DNA of 64,000 bases. Origin: Eledone cirrhosa. Taxonomy: Eukaryota. Below the pieces are notes generated by a model. That model had not been told where the DNA came from. It saw only the letters and a program-made list of their open reading frames with translations, and did no database searches. The stretch is from contig OZ024743.1 of assembly GCA_964016885.1 (NCBI GenBank), positions 295,926,001 to 295,990,000 of the forward strand, given 5' to 3'. Both the position numbers and the translations under genes were made by a program. This document shows, in pieces, positions 23,893 to 37,200 of this stretch; the stretch's first letter is position 1; every line of letters starts with the position of its first letter.

Positions 23893-24620
23893 TGAAGTAT
23901 ATGGTTATTACTTCGTGTAACGTGCTGAAGTTTTTGACCAGTACCCATCTACATGATCTGGCCCAGTTGCTTTCCATTTTGACATCTTTTTTAACTGTTT
24001 TTTAACATATCAATTGTTATTTTGATATATACTTCTTACCTCTTTCCCAACCTTCTTTATCCAATCTGCTTTATCAGATTTGCTCCAAAAGTTATTACAA
24101 AAAAGAATTCTTTATTTTACATCTGGCCTTCCGTCATTGTTCCTTTCCATTCATTCCACTTTCCCAAACAATCTCTTTTAGTTGATTTGAAAGAGTCTAT
24201 TCTGCATGTATTGGTTACTTCTTTCTCCGTATTTATTTTTGCAGTCTTTGCTTTTATCTTAACTCATCTGCCACTACATTAATTCCCTTCTTCTTCACAT
24301 ATTATATTTACAGTACTTCTTTATTACATTTGTTCTGTAATCTTCCATTTTCTATTCCTCCAATTTGCTTAGATCCTTCCTCAATTTTGTATTACTCTCA
24401 TGAATCCTTCTCTTCCACATTGGCTACATGTTAGACCGTGTTCGTTCTTTTTAAATTACCAACAAGTCAGTTGCAGCATTCGCCCCAGCTAGTACATGGA
24501 GGTTTCTATCACTAATATTTTCTGCTTGTATTGAGTTTATGACTTCGCTTACAGGCTTCATTTTTTTTTCTCTTATGTTGTTTCTATCAGTAGCCATCAG
24601 ATTAATTACTTCAAGTTCAC
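23893..24620 (-). pseudogene. Decayed R4/Dong-like (RLE) LINE ORF fragment
   Basis: Fragments KYGERSNQYMQNRLFQIN, KADWIKKV and MSKWKATGPDHVDGYW..NFSTLHE (RT N-terminal WKAPGPD motif); many stops and frameshifts. Confidence 0.65.
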
Positions 24621-24710
24621 CTGAGGTTGTTTGTTGCTTTTGTTGTTGTTATTATAATTTTCATCATAATCATCCTCATTATTTATCATAGCATAGTTAC
24701 GTCCCTTCTA

Positions 24711-25097
<387 letters not shown>

Positions 25098-25291
25098 TCC
25101 TTGTAATGTCCAAAGGCGGCTTCATTATAGAAGAGCAATGGCAGGAAATCCAGGCTGGGCGTTATGAGTCATGGATAAATTCTATCAGATCCATATAAAA
25201 TTAATCATGTGATATGCATTCTCATTTAAACCGGACGAAGAAGAAAGACAAAACAGAAAAAGTAATTTTTATAACTAACAATGAAAAATAG

Positions 25292-28200
25292 TTAATTAAC
25301 AGATATTTTTATTTTGTTTATTTTTGTTGTTTTATTTTTATGTATGTTTCCTGTTGATGTTTGTGTGGGGGTTATTAATTGTGTTGGTGTTAGTGTTGGT
25401 GTTGGTGCTGGTGTTAGTGTTGGTGTTGGTGTTGGTGTTGGTGTTATTGTTGGTATTGGTGTTATTGTTATTATTATTGTTATTGTTATTGTTATTGTTG
25501 GTGTTGGTGTTGGTGTTATTGTTATTGTTATTGTTGGTGTTGGTGTTATTGTTATTGTTATTGTTGGTGTTGGTGTTGGTGTTATTGTTATTGTTATTGT
25601 TGGTGTTGGTGTTGGTGTTATTGTTATTGTTATTGTTGGTGTTGGTGTTGGTGTCATTGTTATTGTTATTGTTGGTGTTGGTGTTGGTGTTGGTGTTGGT
25701 GTTGGTGTTATTGTTATTGTTATTGTTGGTGTTGGTGTTGGTGTTGGTGTTGGTGTTATTGTTATTGTTATTGTTGGTGTTGGTGTTGGTGTTATTGTTA
25801 TTGTTATTGTTGGTGTTGGTGTTGGTGTTATTGTTGGTGTTGGTGTTGGTGTTGGTGTTATTGTTGGTGTTGGTGTTGGTGTTGGTGTTATTGTTATTGT
25901 TGGTGTTAGTGTTGGTGTTATTGTTGGTGTTGGTGTTGGTGTTGGTGTTGGTGTTGGTGTTGGTGTTGGTGTTGGTGTTATTGTTGGTGTTGGTGTTGGT
26001 GTTGGTGTTATTGTTGGTGTTGGTGTTGGTGTTGGTGTTATTATTATTGTTGGTGTTAGTGTTGGTGTTATTGTTGGTGTTGGTGTTGGTGTTGGTGTTG
26101 GTGTTGGTGTTGGTGTTGGTGTTGGTGTTATTGTTGGTGTTGGTGTTGGTGTTGGTGTTGGTGTTATTGTTGGTGTTGGTGTTGGTGTTGGTGTTATTGT
26201 TATTGTTGGTGTTGGTGTTGGTGTTGGTGTTATTGTTGGTGTTGGTGTTGGTGTTGGTGTTGGTGTTGGTGTTGGTGTTGGTGTTATTGTTGGTGTTGGT
26301 GTTGGTGTTGGTGTTGGTGTTGGTGTTATTGTTGGTGTTGGTGTTGGTGTTGGTGTTTGTGTTGGTGTTATTGTTATTGTTATTGTTGTTGTTGGTGTTA
26401 TTGTTATTGTTATTGTTGTTGTTGGTGTTATTGTTGGTGTTGGTGTTGGTGTTATTGTTATTGTTATTGTTATTGTTGGTGTTGGTGTTGGTGTTATTGT
26501 TATTGTTATTGTTATTGTTATTGTTATTGTTGGTATTGGTGTTGGTGTTATTGTTATTGTTATTGTTATTGTTGGTGTTGGTGTTGGTGTTATTGTTATT
26601 GTTATTGTTGGTGTTGGTGTTGGTGTTATTGTTATTGTTATTGTTATTGTTATTGTTGGTGTTGGTGTTGGTGTTGGTGTTATTGTTATTGTTATTGTTG
26701 GTGTTGGTGGTGGTGTTGGTGTTATTGTTATTGTTATTGTTATTGTTATTGTTATTGTTGGTGTTGGTGTTGGTGTTGGTGTTATTGTTATTGTTATTGT
26801 TGGTGGTGGTGTTGGTGTTATTGTTATTGTTATTGTTATTGTTATTGTTATTGTTATTGTTGGTGGTGGTGTTGGTGTTATTGTTATTGTTATTGTTAGT
26901 GTTATTGTTATTGTTGGTGTTGGTGTTGGTGTTGGTGTTATTGTTATTGTTATTGTTGGTGTTGGTGTTGGTGTTATTGTTATTGTTATTGTTATTGTTA
27001 TTGTTGGTGTTGGTGTTGGTGTTATTGTTATTGTTATTGTTATTGTTATTGTTGGTGTTGGTGTTGGTGTTATTGTTATTGTTATTGTTGGTGTTGGTGT
27101 TGGTGTTGGTGTTATTGTTGGTGTTGGTGTTGGTGTTGGTGTTATTGTTATTGTTATTGTTGGTGTTAGTGTTGTTGTTGGTGTTATTGTTGGTGTTGGT
27201 GTTGGTGTTGGTGTTGGTGTTGGTGTTGGTGTTGGTGTTATTGTTATTGTTATTGTTGTTGTTGGTGTTGGTGTTGGTGTTATTGTTGGTGTTGGTGTTG
27301 GTGTTGGTGTTATTGTTATTGTTATTGTTGGTGTTGGTTTTGGTGTTGGTGTTGGTGTTGGTGTTATTGTTGGTGTTGGTGTTGGTGTTGGTGTTATTGT
27401 TGGTGTTGGTGTTGGTGTTGGTGTTATTGTTGGTGTTGGTGTTGGTGTTGGTGTTATTGTTATTGTTATTGTTGTTGTTGGTGTTATTGTTATTGTTATT
27501 GTTGTTGTTGGTGTTATTGTTGGTGTTGGTGTTATTGTTATTGTTATTGTTGGTGTTGGTGTTGGTGTTATTGTTATTGTTATTGTTATTGTTATTGTTA
27601 TTGTTATTGTTGGTGTTGGTGTTGGTGTTATTGTTATTGTTATTGTTGGTGTTGGTGTTGGTGTTGGTGTTATTGTTATTGTTATTGTTATTGTTATTGT
27701 TGGTGTTGGTGTTGGTGTTATTGTTATTGTTATTGTTATGGTTATTGTTATTGTTGGTGTTGGTGTTGGTGTTATTGTTATTGTTATTGTTGGTGTTGGT
27801 GTTGGTGTTATTGTTATTGTTATTGTTGGTGTTGGTGTTGGTGTTGGTGTTATTGTTATTGTTATTGTTGGTGTTGGTGTTGGTGTTATTGTTATTGTTA
27901 TTGTTATGGTTATTGTTATTGTTGGTGTTGGTGTTGGTGTTATTGTTATTGTTATTGTTGGTGTTGGTGTTGGTGTTATTGTTATTATTATTGTTATTGT
28001 TATTGTCATTGTTGGTGTTGGTGTTGGTGTTATTGTTATTGTTATTGTTATTGTTATTGTTGGTGTTGGTGTTATTGTTATTATTATTGTTATTGTTATT
28101 GTTATTGTTGGTGTTGGTGTTGGTGTTATTGTTATTGTTATTGTTATTGTTGGTGTTGGTGTTATTGTTATTGTTATTGTTATTGTTGTTGTTGGTGTTG

Positions 28201-31200
28201 GTGTTATTGTTATTGTTATTGTTATTGTTATTGTTATTGCTGGTGTTGGTGTTATTGTTATTGATATTGTTATTGTTGGTGTTGGTGTTGGTGTTGGTTT
28301 TATTGTTATTGTTATTGTTATTGTTGGTGTTGGTGTTGGTGTTATTGTTATTGTTATTGTTATTGTTGGTGTTGGTGTTGGTGTTGGTGTTATTGTTATT
28401 GTTATTGTTATTGTTGGTGTTGGTGTTATTGTTATTGTTATTGTTATTGTTGTTGTTGGTGTTGGTGTTGGTGTTGGTTTTATTGTTATTGTTATTGTTA
28501 TTGTTGTCGTTGGTGTTGGTGTTGGTTTTATTGTTATTGTTATTGTTATTGTTGGTGTTGGTGTTATTGTTATTGTTATTGTTATTGTTGGTGTTGGTGT
28601 TGGTGTTGGTGTTGGTGTTATTGTTATTGTTATTGTTATTGTTGGCGTTGGTGTTGGTGTTATTGTTATTGTTATTGTTATTGTTGGTGTTGGTGTTGGT
28701 GTTGGTTTTATTGTTATTGTTATTGTTATTGTTGGTGTTGGTGTTATTGTTATTGTTATTGTTATTGTTGGTGTTGGTGTTGGTGTTGGTGTTGGTGTTA
28801 TTGTTATTGTTATTGTTATTGTTGGCGTTGGTGTTGGTGTTATTGTTATTGTTATTGTTATTGTTGGTGTTGGTGTTGGTGTTGGTTTTATTGTTATTGT
28901 TATTGTTATTGTTGGTGTTGGTGTTATTGTTATTGTTATTGTTATTGTTGGTGTTGGTGTAGGTGTTGGTGTTGGTGTTATTGTTATTGTTATTGTTATT
29001 GTTGGCGTTGGTGTTGGTGTTATTGTTATTGTTATTGTTATTGTTGGTGTTGGTGTTGGTGTTATTGTTATTGTTATTGTTATTGTTGGTGTTGGTGTTG
29101 GTGTTATTGTTATTGTTGGTGTTGGTGTTGGTGTTGGTGTTATTGTTATTGTTATTGTTGGTGTTGGTGTTATTGTTATTGTTATTGTTATTGTTGGTGT
29201 TGGTGTTGGTGTTGGTGTTATTGTTATTGTTATTTTTATTGTTATTGTTATTGCTGGTGTTGGTGTTATTGTTATTGATATTGTTTTAGTTGGTGTTGGT
29301 GTTGGTGTTGGTGTTATTGTTATTGTTATTGTTATTGTTATTGTTGGTGTTGGTGTTGGTGTTATTGTTATTGTTATTGTTATTGTTATTGTTGGTGTTG
29401 GTGTTGGTGTTGGTGTTGGTGTTATTGTTATTGTTATTGTTATTGTTGGTGTTGGTGTTGGTGTTATTGTTATTGTTATTGTTATTGTTGGTGTTGGTGT
29501 TGGTGTTATTGTTATTGTTATTGTTATTGTTATTGTTATTGTTGGTGTTGGTGTTGGTGTTGGTGTTGGTGTTATTGTTATTGTTGGTGTTGGTGTTATT
29601 GTTATTGTTATTGTTATTGTTATTGTTGGTGTTGGTGTTGGTGTTGGTGTTGGTGTTATTGTTATTGTTATTGTTATTGTTATTGTTGGTGTTGGTGTTA
29701 TTGTTATTGTTATTGTTATTGTTGGTGTTGGTGTTATTGTTATTGTTATTGTTATTGTTATTGTTGGTGTTGGTGTTGGTGTTGGTGTTGGTGTTATTGT
29801 TATTGTTATTGTTATTGTTATTGTTATTTTTATTGTTGGTGTTGGTGTTGGTGTTGGTGTTATTGTTATTGTTGGTGTTGGTGTTATTGTTATTGTTATT
29901 GTTATTGTTGGTGTTGGTGTTGGTGTTATTGTTATTGTTATTGTTATTGTTATTGTTGGTGTTGGTGTTGGTGTTGGTGTTATTGTTATTGTTATTGTTA
30001 TTGTTGGTGTTGGTGTTGGTGTTGGTGTTGGTGTTATTGTTATTGTTATTGTTATTGTTATTGTTGGTGTTGGTGTTGGTGTTATTGTTATTGTTATTGT
30101 TGGTGTTGGTGTTATTGTTATTGTTATTGTTATTGTTGGTGTTGGTGTTGGTGTTATTGTTATTGTTATTGTTATTGTTATTGTTATTGTTATTGCTGGT
30201 GTTGGTGTTATTGTTATTGATATTGTTATTGTTGGTGTTGGTGTTGGTGTTGGTGTTATTGTTGGTGTTGGTGTTGGTGTTGGTGTTATTGTTATTGTTA
30301 TTGTTATTGTTATTGTTGGTGTTGGTGTTGGTGTTATTGTTATTGTTATTGTTATTGTTATTGTTGGTGTTGGTGTTGGTGTTGGTGTTGGTGTTATTGT
30401 TATTGTTATTGTTATTGTTGGTGTTGGTGTTGGTGTTATTGTTATTGTTATTGTTATTGTTGGTGTTGGTGTTCGTGTTATTGTTATTGTTATTGTTATT
30501 GTTATTGTTATTGTTGGTGTTGGTGTTGGTGTTGGTGTTATTGTTATTGTTGGTGTTGGTGTTATTGTTATTGTTATTGTTATTGTTGGTGTTGGTGTTA
30601 TTGTTATTGTTATTGTTATTGTTATTGTTGGTGTTGGTGTTAGTGTTGGTGTTATTGTTATTGTTATTGTTATTGTTATTGTTATTTTTATTGTTGGTGT
30701 TGGTGTTGGTGTTGGTGTTATTGTTATTGTTGGTGTTGGTGTTATTGTTATTGTTATTGTTATTGTTGGTGTTGGTGTTATTGTTATTGTTATTGTTATT
30801 GTTGGTGTTGGTGTTGGTGTTGGTGTTGGTGTTATTGTTATTGTTATTGTTATTGTTATTGTTATTTTTATTGTTGGTGTTGGTGTTGGTGTTGGTGTTA
30901 TTGTTATTATTGGTGTTGGTGTTATTGTTATTGTTATTGTTATTGTTGGTGTTGGTGTTATTGTTATTGTTATTGTTATTGTTATTGTTATTGTTGGTGT
31001 TGGTGTTGGTGTTATTGTTATTGTTATTGTTATTGTTATTATTATTGTTATTGTTGGTGTTGGTGTTGGTGTTGGTGTTGGTGTTATTGTTATTGTTATT
31101 GTTATTGTTGGTGTTGGTGTTGGGGTTATTGTTATTGTTATTGTTATTGTTATTGTTGGTGTTGGTGTTGGTGTTGGTGTTGGTGTTATTGTTATTGTTA

Positions 31201-34200
31201 TTGTTATTGTTGGTGTTGGTGTTGGTGTTATTGTTATTGTTATTGTTATTGTTATTGTTATTGTTATTGTTGGTGTTGGTGTTATTGTTGTTGTTATTTT
31301 TATTGTTGGTGTTGGTGTTGGTGTTGGTGTTGGTGTTGGTGTTATTGTTATTGTTATTGTTATTGTTATTGTTGGTGTTGGTGTTGGTGTTATTGTTATT
31401 GTTATTGTTATTGTTGGTGTTGGTGTTGGTGTTGGTGTTGGTGTTATTGTTATTGTTATTGTTGGTGTTGGTGTTGGTGTTATTGTTATTGTTATTGTTG
31501 GTGTTGGTGTTGGTGTTATTGTTATTGTTATTGTTATTGTTGGTGTTGGTGTTGGTGTTATTGTTATTGTTATTGTTATTGTTGGTGTTGGTGTTGGTGT
31601 TGGTGTTATTGTTATTGTTATTGTTATTGTTGGTGTTGGTGTTGGTGTTGGTGTTATTGTTATTGTTATTGTTATTGTTGGTGTTGGTGTTGGTGTTATT
31701 GTTATTGTTATTGTTATTGTTGGTGTTGGTGTTATTGTTATTGTTATTGTTATTGTTGGTGTTGGTGTTATTGTTATTGTTATTGTTATTGTTATTGTTG
31801 GTGTTGGTGTTGGTGTTATTGTTATTGTTATTGTTATTGTTGGTGTTGGTGTTATTGTTATTGTTATTGTTATTGTTGGTGTTGGTGTTATTGTTATTGT
31901 TATTGTTATTGTTATTGTTATTGTTGGTGTTGGTGTTGGTGTTATTGTTATTGTTATTGTTATTGTTGGTGTTGGTGTTGGTGTTATTGTTATTGTTATT
32001 GTTATTGTTGGTGTTGGTGTTGGTGTTATTGTTATTGTTATTGTTATTGTTGGTGTTGGTGTTGGTGTTATTGTTATTGTTATTTTTATTGTTATTGTTA
32101 TTGTTATTGTTATTGTTGGTGTTGGTGTTGCTGTTGGTGTTGGTGTTGGTGTTATTGTTATTGTTGGTGTTGGTGTTGGTGTTATTGTTATTGTTATTTT
32201 TATTGTTATTGTTATTGTTATTGTTATTGTTGGTGTTGGTGTTGGTGTTATTGTTATTGTTATTTTTATTGTTATTGTTATTGTTATTGTTATTGTTGGT
32301 GTTATTGTTATTGTTATTTTTATTGTTATTGTTATTGTTATTGTTATTGTTATTGTTGGTGTTGGTGTTGGTGTTATTGTTATTGTTATTTTTATTGTTA
32401 TTGTTATTGTTATTGTTATTGTTGGTGTTGGTGTTGGTGTTATTGTTATTGTTATTGTTATTGTTGGTGTTGGTGTTGGTATTATTGTTATTGTTATTGT
32501 TATTGTTATTGTTGGTGTTGGTGTTGGTGTTGGTGTTGGTGTTATTGTTATTGTTATTGTTATTGTTGGTGTTGGTGTTGGTGTTGGTGTTGGTGTTGGT
32601 GTTATTGTTATTGTTATTGTTATTGTTGGTGTTGGTGTTGGTGTTGGTGTTATTGTTATTGTTATTGTTATTGTTATTGTTATTGTTATTGTTGGTGTTG
32701 GTGTTGTTGTTGGTGTTATTGTTATTGTTATTGTTATTGTTGGTGTTGGTGTTGGTGTTATTGTTATTGTTATTGTTGGTGTTGGTGTTGGTGTTGGTGT
32801 TATTGTTATTGTTATTGTTGGTGTTGGTGTTGGTGTTATTGTTATTGTTATTGTTGGTGTTGGTGTTGGTGTTATTGTTATTGTTATTTTTATTGTTATT
32901 GTTGGTGTTGGTGTTGGTGTTATTGTTATTGTTATTGTTATTGTTGGTGTTGGTGTTGGTGTTGGTGTTATTGTTATTGTTATTGTTGGTGTTGGTGTTG
33001 GTGTTATTGTTATTGTTATTGTTGGTGTTGGTGTTGGTGTTATTGTTATTGTTATTGTTGGTGTTGGTGTTGGTGTTATTGTTATTGTTATTGTTATTGT
33101 TATTGTTGGTGTTGGTGTTGGTGTTATTGTTATTGTTATTGTTATTGTTGGTGTTGGTGTTGGTGTTATTGTTATTGTTATTGTTATTGTTGGTGTTGGT
33201 GTTGGTGTTATTGTGATTGTTATTGTTATTGTTGGTGTTGGTGTTGGTGTTGGTGTTATTGTTATTGTTATTGTTATTGTTGGTGTTGGTGTTGGTGTTA
33301 TTGTTATTGTTATTGTTGGTGTTGGTGTTGGTGTTATTGTTATTGTTATTGTTATTGTTGGTGTTGGTGTTGGTGTTATTGTTATTGTTATTGTTATTGT
33401 TGGTGTTGGTGTTGGTGTTATTGTTATTGTTATTGTTATTGTTGGTGTTGGTGTTGGTGTTGGTGTTATTGTTATTGTTATTGTTATTGTTGGTGTTATT
33501 GTTATTGTTATTGTTATTGTTGGTGTTGGTGTTGGTGTTATTGTTATTGTTATTGTTATTGTTGGTGTTGCTGTTGGTGTTGGTGTTATTGTTATTGTTA
33601 TTGTTATTGTTGGTGTTGGTGTTGGTGTTATTGTTATTGTTATTGTTATTGTTGGTGTTGGTGTTGGTGTTGGTGTTATTGTTATTGTTATTGTTGGTGT
33701 TGGTGTTGGTGTTATTGTTATTGTTATTGTTGGTGTTGGTGTTGGTGTTATTGTTATTGTTATTGTTGGTGTTGGTGTTATTGTTATTGTTATTGTTATT
33801 GTTGGTGTTGGTGTTGGTGTTATTGTTATTGTTATTGTTATTGTTATTGTTATTGCTGGTGTTCGTGTTATTGTTATTGATATTGTTATTGTTGGTGTTG
33901 GTGTTGGTGTTGGTGTTATTGTTGGTGTTGGTGTTGGTGTTGGTGTTATTGTTATTGTTATTGTTATTGTTATTGTTGGTGTTGGTGTTATTGTTATTGT
34001 TATTGTTATTGTTATTGTTGGTGTTGGTGTTGGTGTTGGTGTTGGTGTTATTGTTATTGTTATTGTTATTGTTGGTGTTGGTGTTGGTGTTATTGTTATT
34101 GTTATTGTTATTGTTGGTGTTGGTGTTCGTGTTATTGTTATTGTTATTGTTATTGTTATTGTTGGTGTTGGTGTTGGTGTTGGTGTTATTGTTATTGTTG

Positions 34201-37200
34201 GTGTTGGTGTTATTGTTATTGTTATTGTTGGTGTTGGTGTTATTGTTATTGTTATTGTTATTGTTATTGTTGGTGTTGGTGTTGGTGTTGGTGTTATTGT
34301 TATTGTTATTGTTATTGTTATTGTTATTTTTATTGTTGGTGTTGGTGTTGGTGTTGGTGTTATTGTTATTGTTGGTGTTGGTGTTATTGTTATTGTTATT
34401 GTTATTGTTGGTGTTGGTGTTATTGTTATTGTTATTGTTATTGTTATTGTTGGTGTTGGTGTTGGTGTTGGTGTTGGTGTTATTGTTATTGTTATTGTTA
34501 TTGTTGGTGTTGGTGTTGGTGTTATTGTTATTGTTATTGTTATTGTTATTATTATTGTTATTGTTGGTGTTGGTGTTGGTGTTGGTGTTGGTGTTATTGT
34601 TATTGTTATTGTTATTGTTGGTGTTGGTGTTGGGGTTATTGTTATTGTTATTGTTATTGTTATTGTTGGTGTTGGTGTTGGTGTTGGTGTTGGTGTTATT
34701 GTTATTGTTATTGTTATTGTTGGTGTTGGTGTTGGTGTTATTGTTATTGTTATTGTTATTGTTATTGTTATTGTTATTGTTGGTGTTGGTGTTATTGTTA
34801 TTGTTATTTTTATTGTTGGTGTTGGTGTTATTGTTATTGTTATTGTTATTGTTGGTGTTGGTGTTGGTGTTGGTGTTGGTGTTATTGTTATTGTTATTGT
34901 TATTGTTATTGTTGGTGTTGGTGTTGGTGTTATTGTTATTGTTATTGTTATTGTTGGTGTTGGTGTTGGTGTTGGTGTTATTGTTATTGTTATTGTTATT
35001 GTTGGTGTTGGTGTTGGTGTTATTGTTATTGTTATTGTTATTGTTGGTGTTGGTGTTATTGTTATTGTTATTGTTATTGTTGGTGTTGGTGTTATTGTTA
35101 TTGTTATTGTTATTGTTATTGTTGGTGTTGGTGTTGGTGTTATTGTTATTGTTATTGTTATTGTTGGTGTTGGTGTTGGTGTTATTGTTATTGTTATTGT
35201 TATTGTTGGTGTTGGTGTTATTGTTATTGTTATTGTTATTGTTATTGTTATTGTTGGTGTTGGTGTTGGTGTTATTGTTATTGTTATTGTTATTGTTGGT
35301 GTTGGTGTTGGTGTTATTGTTATTGTTATTGTTATTGTTGGTGTTGGTGTTGGTGTTATTGTTATTGTTATTGTTATTGTTGGTGTTGGTGTTGGTGTTA
35401 TTGTTATTGTTATTTTTATTGTTATTGTTATTGTTATTGTTATTGTTGGTGTTGGTGTTGGTGTTATTGTTATTGTTATTTTTATTGTTATTGTTATTGT
35501 TATTGTTATTGTTGGTGTTATTGTAATTGTTATTTTTATTGTTATTGTTATCGTTATTGTTATTGTTATTGTTGGTGTTGGTGTTGGTGTTATTGTTATT
35601 GTTATTGTTATTGTTGGTGTTGGTGTTGGTGTTATTGTTATTGTTATTTTTATTGTTATTGTTATTGTTATTGTTATTGTTGGTGTTGGTGTTGGTGTTA
35701 TTGTTATTGTTATTGTTATTGTTGGTGTTGGTGTTGGTATTATTGTTATTGTTATTGTTATTGTTATTGTTGGTGTTGGTGTTGGTGTTGGTGTTATTGT
35801 TATTGTTATTGTTATTGTTGGTGTTGGTGTTGGTGTTGGTGTTATTGTTATTGTTATTGTTATTGTTATTGTTATTGTTGGTGTTGGTGTTATTGTTGGT
35901 GTTATTGTTATTGTTATTGTTATTGTTGGTGTTGGTGTTGGTGTTATTGTTATTGTTATTGTTGGTGTTGGTGTTGGTGTTGGTGTTATTGTTATTGTTA
36001 TTGTTGGTGTTGGTGTTGGTGTTATTGTTATTGTTATTGTTGGTGTTGGTGTTATTGTTATTGTTATTTTTATTGTTATTGTTGGTGTTGGTGTTGGTGT
36101 TATTGTTATTGTTATTGTTATTGTTGGTGTTGGTGTTGGTGTTGGTGTTATTGTTATTGTTGGTGTTGGTGTTGGTGTTATTGTTATTGTTATTGTTGGT
36201 GTTGGTGTTGGTGTTATTGTTATTGTTATTGTTGGTGTTGGTGTTGGTGTTATTGTTATTGTTATTGTTATTGTTATTGTTGGTGTTGGTGTTGGTGTTA
36301 TTGTTATTGTTATTGTTGGTGTTGGTGTTATTGTTATTGTTATTGTTATTGTTGATGTTGGTGTTGGTGTTATTGTTATTGTTATTGTTGGTGTTGGTGT
36401 TGGTGTTGGTGTTATTGTTGGTGTTGGTGTTGGTGTTGGTGTTATTGTTATTGTTATTGTTGGTGTTAGTGTTGGTGTTGGTGTTATTGTTGGTGTTGGT
36501 GTTGGTGTTGGTGTTGGTGTTGGTGTTGGTGTTGGTGTTATTGTTATTGTTGTTGTTGGTGTTGGTGTTGGTGTTATTGTTGGTGTTGGTGTTGGTGTTG
36601 GTGTTATTGTTATTGTTATTGTTGGTGTTGGTTTTGGTGTTGGTGTTGGTGTTGGTGTTATTGTTGGTGTTGGTGTTGGTGTTGGTGTTATTGTTGGTGT
36701 TGGTGTTGGTGTTGGTGTTATTGTTGGTGTTGGTGTTGGTGTTGGTGTTATTGTTATTGTTATTGTTGTTGTTGGTGTTATTGTTATTGTTATTGTTGTT
36801 GTTGGTGTTATTGTTGGTGTTGGTGTTATTGTTATTGTTATTGTTGGTGTTGGTGTTGGTGTTATTGTTATTGTTATTGTTGGTGTTGGTGTTGGTGTTA
36901 TTGTTATTGTTATTGTTATTGTTATTGTTATTGTTATTGTTGGTGTTGGTGTTGGTGTTATTGTTATTGTTATTGTTGGTGTTGGTGTTGGTGTTGGTGT
37001 TATTGTTATTGTTATTGTTATTGTTATTGTTGGTGTTGGTGTTGGTGTTATTGTTATTGTTATTGTTATGGTTATTGTTATTGTTGGTGTTGGTGTTGGT
37101 GTTATTGTTATTGTTATTGTTGGTGTTGGTGTTGGTGTTGGTGTTATTGTTATTGTTATTGTTGGTGTTGGTGTTGGTGTTGGTGTTATTGTTATTGATA

